This document shows, piece by piece, positions 1-13,439 of a stretch of 64,000 nucleotides of DNA. A model generated the notes under the pieces. That model was not told the DNA's origin. It saw nothing but the letters and a program-made list of their open reading frames with translations, and did no database searches. The stretch's first letter is position 1, and each line of letters opens with the position of its first letter. Both the position numbers and the translations under genes were made by a program. The stretch covers positions 19,468,001-19,532,000 of the forward strand of contig OX597834.1 in the NCBI GenBank assembly GCA_951406725.2, written 5' to 3'. This DNA is from Octopus vulgaris. Its lineage: Eukaryota.

Positions 1-3000
1 TAAAAAAAAACCCCAAAGAAACAAAAGGGCAGTGTGTGCATGTGTATGTATGTATGTATGCATGTATGTATGTATGTATGTATGTATGCATGTATGTATG
101 TATATACGTATGTATATCTATGTATGTATATATGTACGTATACAAAAGTGGAATAATAAAATTATAAAAGAAAACCAAAGCAATTCAAGTGCATTCCCAT
201 GAATTCTCAGTATAGAAAATATATGAAAAAAATTGATATGGAAAACTTGCATAATAGCTTTTGGGGAATTACCAAGTTTGGAATCTCATTTGAATTGAGG
301 ATAACATTAACTATTTCTGACCAGGAATAAAACTTCACCATTTTTATTAGTATTATTCAGTATGTTATACTGACATTTATAAAGGTATTTTTAATTTAAA
401 GACTAACCAATGTTGTACTTGCTAACCAGTGGAGCATTCATATTTTTTCTTCCTGCTATTTGGGCATTTTTTCTTAGATAAATTTTTCCTTTTTTTTTAT
501 CATATCATAACTCCTTATCAATCATGAAGATATCATACAGACTTTCATAATATGATATTCACTGAAAGATATACAACTGCAAATATCTCTATCCAACCGT
601 TGATGGTGGGATATCATTTCAGAGTAACAAATTAACCATTGAATAATTATTTTTTTTACTTTATTCTCCTCATTTATTACTTGGCACCAATTATCTGTGA
701 TTTCCATACAGAAAAATCATTTATGTATATTAATGTATTTAATATATATGCTAATGATATTCTTCTTTAACATAATGTTACCCTGAGGTAGAATGTGCTT
801 AAAACTATTTGAATTTATTTCAGTGAATATGAATGGTGTTTTAGCGACAGAAATTGACTCAATAAAAACCTTTTTCAGAAAACCAATATAACAGCAGTGT
901 GTTTGACAGAGAACAAGATCTATTGTTTTTATGTTAAATGTCTATTCTTGTTACATTAAATTTTGTCCGGTAGGAATAGATTATTTAAATCATGTTTAGG
1001 GTATTAAGTACTGGTGAAAATTAAAGCAAGGTGCATGTACTTTATGAATTCACATTATAACATAGTTGAGCAAAAAATCTTTATCATTTTGCTGTTTAGA
1101 ACACTGTGGAGGAATTGGTAGAGTGTTGGATAGAATTCCTCTCACTATCTGTTCAGAATCTCAGCACCATGAGTCCTAGCAACAAAGATGGGTCTCATCA
1201 TCCTGAGTCCTTGTAACATAGATGGAATGGAGTCTCTAAAAGAAATATTGCTAGTTAGAGCATTAGCTTTTTGGCCCCATAGAAGGGAGACTCTAATAAT
1301 TCAAGGGAGTTGTGAGGTTTCTTTTTAGTGAGAGGGTCCTTGAAATATTCATAGAATTTTCTTTAAATATCTGAACCCAGATGGATTTACCAGCTGAATT
1401 CCTCCTCTTAAAGGCCCTGAGACAAAATAAATGAAATAAAATGGAGGGGAAATCCTAGATTATTGATGATTGAAACATTATTAAACTCATGAACATGATG
1501 CAGTTGAATCTGCTTATTGTAATCACTTTGGGATTTGACCTTTTCGATAACAATAAGCAATTGATAATTCAATAAAAACTTAGAGATATTCTTTGGAATA
1601 AAGTGCCTTTTGTAAATAGGTCCTGCAACTTTGATTCCTTATATGGAAGTATAAGGATTTACCATTAGTAGCAGGTAAAAAGTGTAACAATATAACAAAC
1701 TTGTAACCATGCAGTTGTATTGTTTAAAAGTGCAGATATAAGAATAGATAAATGTTGAAGACAAACAGCTGTGTCACCAGCATTGCCTTGCCTAATGACT
1801 ATGGTCATTAAGTCTGAAATGGCTCAGTCCACTTAACTGAATATAGGTACCACAGAGTTATTTTAAAAGTAAAAGCCTGTTTCATTAGGCTTGTGCTAAT
1901 CCCAGTTTCTCAGCTGTGAGTGCACAATTCAGATGGTTTCCTGCTTTATTAACTTATAAATGAAACACCATGGTGAAAATGAAGTAATTGGATGGATGCA
2001 AAATCTGTTTTGTTTTCTCATTAATAAAAAGGAGGAGTGGGGCCCAAACATTTTCTCTAATATTGCAATGGGGAGGGGACTAGCTTTCATCAGTAGGAAA
2101 ACTGTTGTTTTAAACTACTATGTTATTGAGGGACACTTAAGACTCTGCCACATCATGTACCTTGAGCATATCAGTTTAGTTCCATTGCTATTCGCCAGTC
2201 TCTTACATTACTCCCTCCTTTAGCGCTCATTGTTGACATCAATCACCCTCTTTTGTTCACTCTCTTTCTACCAATACTTCTATCACCATGTCCCCTTCTT
2301 ATCACTCTCTTCCCCTATTATATTGCCCATTTCCTGTAACCCTCTCTCAGACATAATTTACTCTCCCCTCAACCAACCTCTCATGTCGATCTTCTTTCAG
2401 CCCTCTCGTCTACCTACCAAGAAACAAAACATTTCTCTAGTGCTGGTAAGCAAATGAATACAAACAACACAGGGTAAATAGGATTGTTTAGTCCTGTTGG
2501 GGGACATGGCAACCTCTCTAGTGCTGGCATCAGGGTAAAATACTCTCTGTAATGTAGTTCCAAGTCTATGGGGACAAGAAAAGGAAGAGAGGTCCCTTTA
2601 GTTTTGTTGTGAAGATAGGCCAACTCATTTAGTGTTGGCACCAAGATAAAATGCTCCTAGTACAACATATAATGTAGTTTGTGATTGGCAGAGCATCTGA
2701 CCAAAGACAACATGCTGAAAAGGGAATGTGTGTGTGATTTATGTGAAAAATGTGGGGCTGAACTAGTTAAAGGACGGAAGTAATCCTGAATAAAAAGTAA
2801 TTTGAACCTTGACAATCATGTAAACCTTACCAGAACATAAAGCAGATATAAAAACGAAAATTATGATGGTATATGCGTGTCCTGTGTGGTCTTACGGTTA
2901 TTTAAACATACAAAGATTTATGTGTGTTTGTAAATAATCACATATTTAGTGAGTAACAAGTAGAATGCAGTTAACTTGTTATAGAGGAGTAAAACTATCA

Positions 3001-3128
3001 GAGGTGACAAGCAGCTTGGAGACTGGCACTAATTTATCTAAAATTAATATTTCAAATATGGCTGAATGTTTAACTCATCATTGCCAGCATTTATCAGAGA
3101 TACGTGGTGTTTAGCAATCTGTGACTTA

Positions 3129-3130
<2 letters not shown>

Positions 3131-3177
<47 letters not shown>

Positions 3178-3220
3178 CACATGCATACATGTGTATGTAT
3201 GTGTATACATACACAGACAC

Positions 3221-3288
<68 letters not shown>

Positions 3289-3384
3289 CTATATATATGT
3301 GTATCCCTCCCTCCCTATATATATGTATATATATATATACACACACATATATTTATATATATGTGTATCTCTTACTCTCTCTCA

Positions 3385-3452
<68 letters not shown>
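3131..3452. repeat. compound (TA)n/(CA)n/(CT)n microsatellite
   Basis: Visible dinucleotide runs; source of the spurious YI-repeat ORFs. Confidence 0.95.
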
Positions 3453-3455
<3 letters not shown>

Positions 3456-4120
3456 TAGCAATATACAGCTCCTAATTCATTTTGTATTTATCACAGAAGC
3501 AGGGTGTGTTATCTCATTGTTCAGGTGTGGTCCCAATAGAACATCACTTTCCACTCTGCACATCTTATATATCTTATCTCAGGTGAAAATTAGTATTACA
3601 TTTCCCATCAATTTCATGGCTGCTTCTCTATCCATGTTTGCATGAGTGTACGAGTGATAGTGTCTTCACGTATATCTCTGTTTACGCTTACATTCATAAG
3701 TAATTATTATAAAATCTATGACAGTTAGGAATTTATTTCCAGTAGTTGTGTGTTTAACATAAATTTTCCCTCTTCAAAGATGCTTCTATGAATCTATCTA
3801 TGTTGTTGGTGGTGAATTTAATCAACTCACTACAGACTTTCACAATGTTCAGAGTCGTTAGTTTTCGTGAAATTATAATTAAGATGTTTGAGGCTGTCAG
3901 GAGTCTATAAGTCCTGAGGTGTAACTGTGATGCAGACACTGTAGTTTTATCATGAATTACTACAAACTACAAGTTACAGGTGCTGCTTGAACTACTAATT
4001 TCATCATTATTTGTTGTTGTTGTTGTATCTGTACTTGGCTTTGTTGGCTGTGTATTCATTCCAGGAATATAAAGAGTTGTGTTTATGTATGTGTGTATCT
4101 ACTTATACATACCTGGCTGT

Positions 4121-4125
4121 CTGTG

Positions 4126-4170
<45 letters not shown>

Positions 4171-4175
4171 GTCTA

Positions 4176-4274
<99 letters not shown>

Positions 4275-4509
4275 GCCTGTCTGTCTGTCTGTCTGTCCAT
4301 CTATCTATCTGTCTATCTGTCTGTCTGACTGACTGACTGTCTGTCTGTCCATCTATCTATCTATTTATCTATCTATCTATATCTGTCTGTCTGTCTGTCC
4401 ATCTATCTGTCTGTCCATCTATCTATCTCTCTATCTATCTATCTGTCTGTCTGTCTGTCTGTCTATGCATCTGTGTGCTCATATATATATATATATATAT
4501 ATATACATA

Positions 4510-4540
<31 letters not shown>
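4121..4540. repeat. (CTAT)n/(CTGT)n microsatellite followed by (TA)n/(TG)n
   Basis: Visible tetranucleotide runs. Confidence 0.95.
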
Positions 4541-4620
4541 ATAAATTGAGGATATAATCATTAATAATGATTACACCAGTGGCCAGCATATAAAAACCAC
4601 CATATCAGTAAAATTAATAT

Positions 4621-4823
4621 GTGCTAGTGACATGTAAAAGGCACCCAGTACACTCTGTGGAGTGGTTGGTGTTGGGAAGGACATCCAGCCATAGAAACCA
4701 AGCCAAAACAGACCAGAGCCTTATTGCAATCCTCCAGCTGACCAGCCTTCTGTCAAATCATTTCACCTATGCCAGCATGGAAAACGGACACTAAATAATG
4801 ATGATGGTGATGATGATGATGAT
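4621..4823 (+). mobile_element. SINE/LINE 3' segment with (GAT)n tail (family C, RTE-related), diverged
   Basis: Aligns by eye with 49020-49196 and 56597-56780 (gagtggttgg..ggaagg.catccagc..tagaaac...gcatggaaaacggac..taaa + GAT repeats). Confidence 0.75.
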
Positions 4824-4981
4824 CGCATACGGCTTTTCATTTAGCTATAAAGCTACGTAAGTGACTTGCAATTGAAGAGATTTTGAGTTGCATTCAATAA
4901 AGTTTGATAAGTATAATACACAAAATACTCAGATCTTGATTCACTCTTGTACCTTCACAGCTAAAACACACACACACACAC

Positions 4982-5028
<47 letters not shown>

Positions 5029-5030
5029 TA

Positions 5031-5420
5031 AATGTTTAAGTAGTTGAATGAATTATCCTAGTATGGATAATTCGGCTAACCGATACCCGGGTAGCAAATT
5101 TACGTCAGAAAGCACGGTTGAAGCTACATGCCAAGGGCAGAAATCAAGTGCTTTCGTGTGGAAATTTGTGTGTATTTTTACTATAGATAAATGAAAGAAT
5201 GGAGTCGAACGACGATTTAACCAAATTCCTTTATTCTCGACATATGTTTCGAAGACTGCATATTCTTAATTCCGAAGGAATAAAGGGTGCATTATGCCAT
5301 CTTCTCATCAGGAAAGACAAGGAATTTATGTCAGCATCATGACGAACAAAAACTTTTAGATGACTGCCCACACGGAGTCCATAGTGATAATGAGTGTTTC
5401 TTTAAAATATTCCGTTATAA
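5031..5420 (-). mobile_element. Penelope-like element terminal-repeat fragment inserted at (TA)n
   Basis: Abuts (TA)n, contains a hammerhead motif, and is homologous to 33997-34210 (tgaatgaattatccta...gggtagcaaa.t...cgtcagaaa...gaatggagt.gaacga.gat). Confidence 0.7.
5223..5327 (-). ncRNA. type I hammerhead ribozyme, apparently complete
   Basis: Minus strand reads AAATTCCTT-GTC-TTTC CTGATGA GAAGAT...GTCTTC GAAAC ATAT GTC GAGA-ATA-AAGGAATTT: canonical core, stems I and II, palindromic stem III ACATATGT, GUC cleavage triplet (cut between 5239 and 5238). Confidence 0.8.
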
Positions 5421-5915
5421 GCAGTTATATAGATATATACATACACACACACATCTGTGTATATAGATATAAGTTTTCTTAAACAAAAGAAGACATTTAA
5501 TTTTATCTGAAGTTGAAAGGTGTATAAGTTGGAAGGAAAAAACAAAAGCCATCAGAGAGTTGGTTGAGTCCAAGTAATGAAGTGACACTTAAACATAGAA
5601 TAAAAGAAATTTGTTGTACAATTAATAATTCCGGCCACAAAAACTTCAATGGCTGTTTGTTGCTCAAAAGAAAATTGATAAAATTAAATGTCAACCTTTG
5701 TTTAACAGAACTTATGTGTGTGACAGAGAGAGAGAGAGAGAAAGAGAGATAGAGCGAGTGAGTGAGGAATGTGTACCTATCTGTCTGTCTATCTGTTTAT
5801 ACATATCTGTATACATATGTATGTATATATATATGCACACACACACGTTTATGTAAGTGTGTGTGTGTTTACACACATATATGTACAAATATATATGTAT
5901 GTATATGTACATATG

Positions 5916-6000
<85 letters not shown>

Positions 6001-6749
6001 ATATACATATGCGTGTATATGTGTATGAAATACATATATATGTGTATGTTATACACATGCATATTTCATGTGTGTGTGAGTATCTCTCCCTCTCTCTCTT
6101 GACACACATTTATGAATATGTGTATATATATACACACACATCTATATACATACACACACACACGTTCACACATACATATATGTGCTTATTCATTGTTGTT
6201 GCTGAATTGTTTTTACCTGAACTCTTATTTACTGAGTTGGAGGTGTAAAACTGTAAAACCGTGGGTGTTGCAGTGTCTCACATAGAAATATCAGCCAACT
6301 TTTATTGCTTTGGTTGCAGGCAAATAAAAAATTATTCATGATATATACGTAAGTGAGGTGAAATTGTTCCAACTTGATACTGGAACTTGAACTAAGGGTT
6401 TCACTCCCTGTATTCCTGCACCTGTACTTCCTTGGTAGCCAGGATTTTTATTAAAGCATAGACTGACTGATTGGTTTATTTTCTGTGGTACACAATATAC
6501 AGCATGGCATGTAAATGTAGTTGACTGCTGGGCAGCAATTAAACAATGCATTCCAGAGAGTGCGGTGAGCTTCGGTGATGGGTGACTTAGCACCATTTGA
6601 AATTTGAAATATTTGAGGGCCAAAAACTATTTGCAGAATTGAGATAATAATAATATTATATGTGTGTGTGTGTGCATAATTTTTAATTTGTCTGTGTTAT
6701 TTGTTAACTCTTGGTTAACCATCATGGAACAGACATGATCAAAGGTGTT

Positions 6750-6974
6750 CTTAATTCTTTATTGCCCACAAGGAGCTAAACATAGAGGGGACAGACAAAG
6801 GGATTAAATCGATTGCATCGACCCCGGTGCATAACTGGTACTTAATTTATCTACCCCGAAAGGATGAAAGGCAAAGTCGACCTCAGTGGAATTTGAACTT
6901 AGAATGTAGCGGCTGATGAAATACTGATAAGCATTTCACCTGGTGTGCTAACGTTTCTACCAGCTCACTGCCTT
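6750..6974 (-). mobile_element. tRNA-derived SINE family B (Meta-domain-like central motif)
   Basis: Reverse complement of ...gagttcaaattcc...gtcgactttgcctttcatcctttcgggg...aagtaccag; inserted in an older SINE with an imperfect tgatcaaa duplication. Confidence 0.85.
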
Positions 6975-7618
6975 TGATCAAAATTATTCTATCCATGACC
7001 ATCCTGTAAGTTTTTGGAGGAGTTTTTTTACGGTTACATAATCTAAAGTATCTCTTAACACCTTTCAAAGATGACATTATAATTTGAAAGAGATTTGGCT
7101 GCTATTTCTAGCAGATGATTAAACCTGGTAGATGTTCTCTAGTGTTGATTGATGGCAGATTTAACCATTTTGATGCCATATTCCTGTTGAGTACACTGCC
7201 TTTGTTTCAATTTAATTTTAAAAATAATAAATAATTTAGTAAAATAACTTCATAATTACGTAACTGATGTTTGGAAAGTACATTAACGTGAGGTTTTGAT
7301 GCAAGGATCTAATTTAAATTGCTTTAAACAGGAAGCTTGCATTAATAGAACAAGAAGCAGTCTCAGACAGGTTGGGTTGGAGACCAGAAGACTGGATTCA
7401 AATGTTTATTGTTCTGTAAAAAGCAGAGGAGAATCCTCTAATTAATTTCCACTTAACTCATTAGTAACCATATTTCTGTTGAAATATTCTGCCTTTGTTT
7501 CTCTATATTTTGAAAACAATGAAAAAATTAGTAAACTAACTTTGTCATGCTTAAACCAGTGTTTAGAGTATGAATTAGCATGAAATTTTCATTGAAGGAT
7601 TTATTTAAATCACTCTAA

Positions 7619-7840
7619 CCCTTTATCACTTAAACTGGCTATATCCGGCCCAAATATTCTACCTGTTTTATTTTCTAGCCAGCCAGATCCAGCCTATCAC
7701 ACTTACCCTTCAATACTATAATAAAACATACTGTCACATCATCACATTTTCAAAGCAACAAAATAATTCATGGTTAATTAAAAACAAAATGAATTAAAAA
7801 AAACCATTACATTTGACAGAATAATTTGAACGCTGAATGG
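7619..7840. mobile_element. piggyBac-type MITE (second family), nested
   Basis: (c)taa|ccctttatca...cgctgaatgg|ttaa; decayed TIRs interrupting an older MITE. Confidence 0.6.
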
Positions 7841-8060
7841 TTAAACAGCAAGTTTGCATCATAGAATGAAGGGCAGGCTCAGACATATTTGGCTAACAAC
7901 TGAAAGATCTGGTTCAAATATTTATCTTTCTGTAAAAAAGCAGAGAAAGATCCACTTAACAACTCCTGCTTAACTCTTTTGTAACCATTTCTTGTTACCA
8001 TATTTCTACTGATTTTGAAAATGATGAAGAATTTAGTGAACTAACTTTGGTCCTTATTAA

Positions 8061-8282
8061 CCCTTTCGTTACTGTATTTATTTTGAGATGCTCTGTGTTT
8101 CTTTCAATTAATATTAAATATAACAAAGAATTTAATAAAATAACTTAGTTATCATTAAGCTAGTGTTAGGAAAGTAAATTGTGACTAAGGCTTGGTGGAA
8201 TATTTTACTTCAAAACTTATGAAAATGAGACATTTGTACTACAGAGCCAGAGCCGCTTTTGGCTGGGTTAGTAACAAAAGGG
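8061..8282. mobile_element. piggyBac-type MITE
   Basis: TTAA TSDs (8057-8060, 8283-8286) and TIR CCCTTTCGTTAC...GTAACAAAAGGG; homologous to 15505 and 15757 copies. Confidence 0.85.
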
Positions 8283-8581
8283 TTAATCTGGTGTCTGGAA
8301 CATAAATTAACATGGAACTTTGATGTGGAGTTTTAATTTAGATCGCTTTATAACAATAAATTTGTATTATAGAATCAGTAGGGATTGGGTCCCAGGTGAA
8401 TTGGCATCAATAGCATTAATGTCCCATGATATACCTGGTTGTGATAGTCAGGGCATCCTAATGATACCAAAAGGGCACCATCAAATCATGTGATGAAAAT
8501 AAGGGAACTACCAGACACTTACGAAGGGGAAAAGTTAGAAACATATAAAAAATTTCAGCCTTCTTTTAGTTTCTCTCTCTC

Positions 8582-8621
<40 letters not shown>

Positions 8622-8789
8622 ACACACAAAACACATTTACATTGCCAAGCATATATGTTAGCTTAGGTTTATTCTAAAGACATGAGCACACATTTCATGA
8701 TGAGGCATACACCACTGCACATACATACTCATGCATATACACACAAATACGTGTGTGGTAAGAAGCTTGCTTCTCAACGATTAGTCAGA

Positions 8790-9083
8790 GATGGTTTTTA
8801 AAATGTGAATATCTGAGATTAACTCAAATGCTCTCATAAATGAGAATTCTAAAAATGAACCCGACTGCTCTCAAAAATTAAGTAAAAAAACAGGAAAAAT
8901 AATCCAGAATCCTTGTCTGGTACCAGATCAATCCCAAAATCTAATCAGTTCATACCAGTGACAAGGCCAAACATCCCCGAAAGTTTCATTGCAATTCATC
9001 CAGGGATTCTTGAGATATCTTTTCGAAAGACAAACAAACAAACACAACTGAAACAATACCTCTGCCTTTGCTAAGACAGAGAT
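8790..9083. mobile_element. Helentron-associated (HINE/DINE-1-like) element, partial
   Basis: Homologous to 62091-62593; terminal hairpin acctctgcctttgctaagacagagat preceded by (caaa)n. Confidence 0.65.
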
Positions 9084-9122
9084 AATAATAATAATGATAA
9101 TAATAATAATAATAATAATAAG

Positions 9123-9365
9123 TAACCTGAGGCAGTACCAGGCCGTGGCTCTCATGGCCCTGATCTTAACTGATTGGAAGTGTTATCATGTACATTGTTT
9201 TGTCTTGGAGTAAAAGATGGATACAGCAAATATTCTGCTCAATACCAGAGATTTGCTTGTCAGCTGTTTGACCTTAGTGCATAACTGGTATTTAATTTAT
9301 CGACCCCAAAAGAATAAAAGGCAATTTGAACTCAGAACATAAAGACAGACAAAATACCATCAAGC

Positions 9366-9366
<1 letters not shown>
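9123..9366 (-). mobile_element. SINE with family B central motif and a different 3' tail, diverged
   Basis: actggtatttaatttatcgacccc...aaaaggca...atttgaactcagaac, flanked by (AAT)n. Confidence 0.65.
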
Positions 9367-9405
<39 letters not shown>

Positions 9406-9926
9406 TAATAAAAAGGAGGAGGAGGAGACATGTAGAATGAAAGCTTCCTTAATTAAAAAGAGGTGAAAATTAGTGATAAGAATGGATCTGGTTGCAAAAC
9501 CAATACCTCAAGGACTTACATTCATTCAACCCAGGCTAGTTTAGTAAAAGAGGTGTAAAACTGGATGAATGAACACAGTGCTACTTAGAAGAATTCAGAC
9601 TTATAAATATATAGACAAACAAATATATGTACTAACAAATTGGAAAATTGCATTGTTATGGCTGTTTGTATACCAAGCTCACACCTTGCCAAGGCCAATG
9701 TTTGCCTTTCATTCTTTCTGGGTCAATAGTATAAACCACCGGCCAAGTACTGTATTTGTGTTAATCATGTGTGCACTCCACAAAGATGTTGTGGCTGTGT
9801 GCCAATATTACATATTAGTAATTAGAACACGTGCACACACAAAGCAAAAAATTCTCATAAGCATATATATGTATGTATGTATGTGTATGTATGTATATAT
9901 ATATATATATGTGTGTATATATATAA

Positions 9927-9957
<31 letters not shown>

Positions 9958-10085
9958 TGTGTGTATATATATATATATGTGTGTATATATATATATGTCT
10001 GTGTATATGTATGTATATATATATATATGTGTGTGTGTGTGTATATACATATATATATATATATGTATATGTATGTATATATATA

Positions 10086-10131
<46 letters not shown>

Positions 10132-10430
10132 CCATATAGTCTACTCTCTGAAACATGCACACTCAGACACACATATATATATATATACACACTCATAGAT
10201 GCACACACACACACTCACACACACATGCACATACATGTGCACGCGCACACAAATGCACCCATACAATGAACAGTAAATCATTTATATGAAGCTAAAAGTT
10301 CATTGTGTTGCTACTCCAAGTTTCACATCCCGTAGGCATTCGACAAGGTGACTAATATCGAATGTGAATTATTAACAAGTAGAAAAGTGGCACATTTGTC
10401 TGCAAAACTCTGTGTGTGTGTGTGTGTGTG

Positions 10431-10476
<46 letters not shown>

Positions 10477-10789
10477 CATATGTACATGTGTGGATATTCA
10501 TGTCATTGATCTTAAGTTCACACCACGTTTATTATATTTCTCCGGATATATTGTAATATCAAATATATATCAGTATTGAATCTACAGTAATCTACACACA
10601 CACACACACACACCCTGTTTCATTCATTAGACTCTGACAATGCCAGGGCTCTTCTGTGAAGGGATTTTTTTGTCAACTCTTGTGATTATTTTAAAATCTG
10701 ATTCTTATTTTAGTGAATTCTATTTATCGCACTTCTAAGTTATGGAACATAAATACTGACAATGTTCTGATATGTCAAGTAAATACAGA

Positions 10790-10935
10790 GGCACTGGGGT
10801 GGCTGCGTGGTAAGACATCTGCCACATGCTTCCAGGTTCAGACCCACTGCAGGGCACCTTATGCATGTGTCTTGTATTATATCCTCATGTCAACCAAAGC
10901 TTTGTGAGTGGATTTGAAACTTAAAGATGCCCATC

Positions 10936-10975
<40 letters not shown>

Positions 10976-11190
10976 CATGTGTTTGTGTCTGTGTTTGGCA
11001 CCCTTTACACTTGACGACTGGTGTTGGGGTTTTTACATCGTCATGACTTAGCAGTTTGGCAAAAGAGACAGATAGAATAAGTATCAGGCTTAGGTAAAAA
11101 TGTAAGTACAGGGGTTGATTTATTCGACTATAAATTCTTCAACTCAGTGCCCCAGCATGGCTGCATCCCAATGACTAACAAGTTAAGACA
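10790..11190 (+). mobile_element. tRNA-derived SINE family A (internal TA/TG microsatellite), diverged
   Basis: Colinear with the young copies at 27863-28266 and 40290-40711. Confidence 0.85.
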
Positions 11191-11397
11191 AAAAAAAAAA
11201 AAACAAAAGCAAACACATACAAACACACCAAGCACCTACATACATATGTAGGTTTCAGGTAATGAGATCTTCACAATTGTTTGAGTGTGCCACATTGAGG
11301 CACACTCAAACTCGACTCCATTTTGGATGAAAATTCTCTAACTCTCTCTCCTCTGCATTCACTTTTCCACAAATAAAGTATATATATATATGTATGT

Positions 11398-11442
<45 letters not shown>

Positions 11443-11654
11443 TATATGAAAAACACAAGAAGAAAAACAAAAGGAAAATGGGGTACATGCAGAGTATTAA
11501 CAGATGCTCAAGGAAGGAAAGAAAGTTAGTCTTATATTTCGAGCAAAGCTCTTCTTCAGAAATAGGAGACAGAGGAAAGTTCAAGAGAAAAGGAAGATGG
11601 AGGAAAAAAAAGCCAACAATCCACATATAGTTACAGTTTATATTTTATATATGT

Positions 11655-11694
<40 letters not shown>

Positions 11695-11697
11695 ATA

Positions 11698-11768
<71 letters not shown>

Positions 11769-11966
11769 CACACACACACACACAATTATATATAAATAAT
11801 TTTTTTCACTGTATTGTATATTTGTTTCTTTTTGAATCTCGTCTTTGTTATGGATCTTTCTATAAGAATGAAGCTGTATCCCTTAATTACCCGTTTTTAT
11901 ATACAAAGGCCAAGAAGAAAACGTCGAGAAATAAGCTGTGTGAAACAGTTTATTTTAACGAGATAC

Positions 11967-12084
11967 CTCTTGAGATCACCTGAGGAGACACACCTACTTG
12001 GATACATGTAAACCAGTTGTACTGTATCCCACTCACAAGGGAGCAATGCTACATGAGTCAAAATGACTGCAGTGATCGAGAGAG
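11967..12084 (+). ncRNA. degenerate type I hammerhead motif in a probable PLE remnant (~11800-12120)
   Basis: GATCAC CTGAGGA GAC...GTC AAAA TGACTGC A GTGATC: stems I and II intact, GAAA changed to AAAA at a former CpG, stem III/cleavage triplet decayed. Confidence 0.5.
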
Positions 12085-12146
12085 ATTCTTGTATCTTCCC
12101 TCTTCCATCTCTCTCATTAATTATATATACATACATATGAGAAAGC

Positions 12147-12339
12147 CATGATAGATCGTTAGCTCCTACACGCATTTTTTTTCTCTCCTTGTTTTTTTTC
12201 TGTGTATCTTTCTGTCGAAGAGCGTATGCTCGAAACGTAAAAGACTTGTTCTATTTCTATTCCTGAGCGCCATACTAATACATTTGTTTGTTTGTACTCC
12301 ACCTGCCTTCGTCTTTTGTTTATTTTCGTAAACCTTCCC
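12147..12339 (+). mobile_element. ~190-nt non-autonomous hammerhead-bearing element (PLE-derived) ending in (TA)n
   Basis: Same start (catgatagatcgttagc) and end (tccc + TA repeat) as 30835-31010; HHR-like motif at 12207-12244. Confidence 0.7.
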
Positions 12340-12374
<35 letters not shown>

Positions 12375-12509
12375 GCTTTTCTGAATTTATAAGTATTTAT
12401 GATTATTTATGCTGGTTCATAAATGCAAGCAGGTGGAAGTAAATACATAATAATAATGCTTATGCATTGCACATAAACCAGCATTGGTATAAATCTTATA
12501 AGTAACAGT

Positions 12510-12578
<69 letters not shown>

Positions 12579-12805
12579 GTTTTTCTGTGTATAAATTTAT
12601 TTATCAACATATGTGTATGTATGTGCAAATATACATGGACTCACACATGCACTCTGAGTGATGTATGCATTTATGTGAAAGATGTCCCTGAAAAATGATA
12701 TGCAACGCATAATGACCATTATAGTATATGAATGTATATGTATACATAATGCGCATGTGTGTATTTATCTATCTATCTCTCTATCTATTTATCTATCTAT
12801 CCATA

Positions 12806-12845
<40 letters not shown>

Positions 12846-12919
12846 AATCTATCTCTCTCTCTATATATATATATATGTATATATATATTCAAGTGCACAC
12901 ATATGTAGTTATGTGTTCA

Positions 12920-13028
12920 TAACTATATAATAATGTAAATACATGTGTATATAAGTAAGTATATAGGCATATATAAGTAACTATATAATAATGTAAATAC
13001 ATGTGTATATAAGTAAGTATATAGGCAT
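12920..13028. repeat. 58-bp tandem duplication
   Basis: taactatataataatgtaaatacatgtgtatataagtaagtatataggcat repeated at 12920 and 12978. Confidence 0.9.
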
Positions 13029-13439
13029 GTGTGTGTGTATATGTAGATCATATTTATATTATACATGATATGTAATATAACTATATAGATATTATGTATA
13101 TCATTATAGTGTTTAGTAATATGTCATATAATTATGTATATGTGTAAGTTTACATATATATGCATTTCTTTATAATTATATGTAGGTGTGTGTTGTGTGT
13201 ATGTGAGAGACAGAGAGAAAGATGGGGGGTGGCTTTTCATTAAAGCAAGAAGAATGGTAGAAAGTATAAAGTGTACATAATCGATGTAGGTGGTATCAAG
13301 AGACTCTGGCAGTGTTGATTAAAATGTATCCAGATTCTTTAGAATGGGTGAAAAGATGCTTGAAAAAGCGAAATGAATATCATCTCTGTGGCTGTTTTGT
13401 ATCTTAGTAACAGTACAATGAAGCAACAGGTTGTTTTGG

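Larger units (their letters stand above)
7161..8420. mobile_element. cluster of old TTAA-flanked MITEs (three related units) with nested younger MITEs
   Basis: Repeated ttaac...ccatatt.ctgttga..t...gcctttgtttc...gaaaat.atgaa..aattagt units near 7161, 7455 and 7970, with a duplicated spacer (7390-7460 vs 7905-7977). Confidence 0.65.

Noticed and set aside
781-825. let-7-like seed TGAGGTAG in a weak hairpin
   Set aside because: Rest of the mature sequence does not match let-7 and the stem is short and mostly G-U
1170-1960. Possible decayed LINE coding remnant
   Set aside because: No recognisable RT or endonuclease motif could be read in any frame
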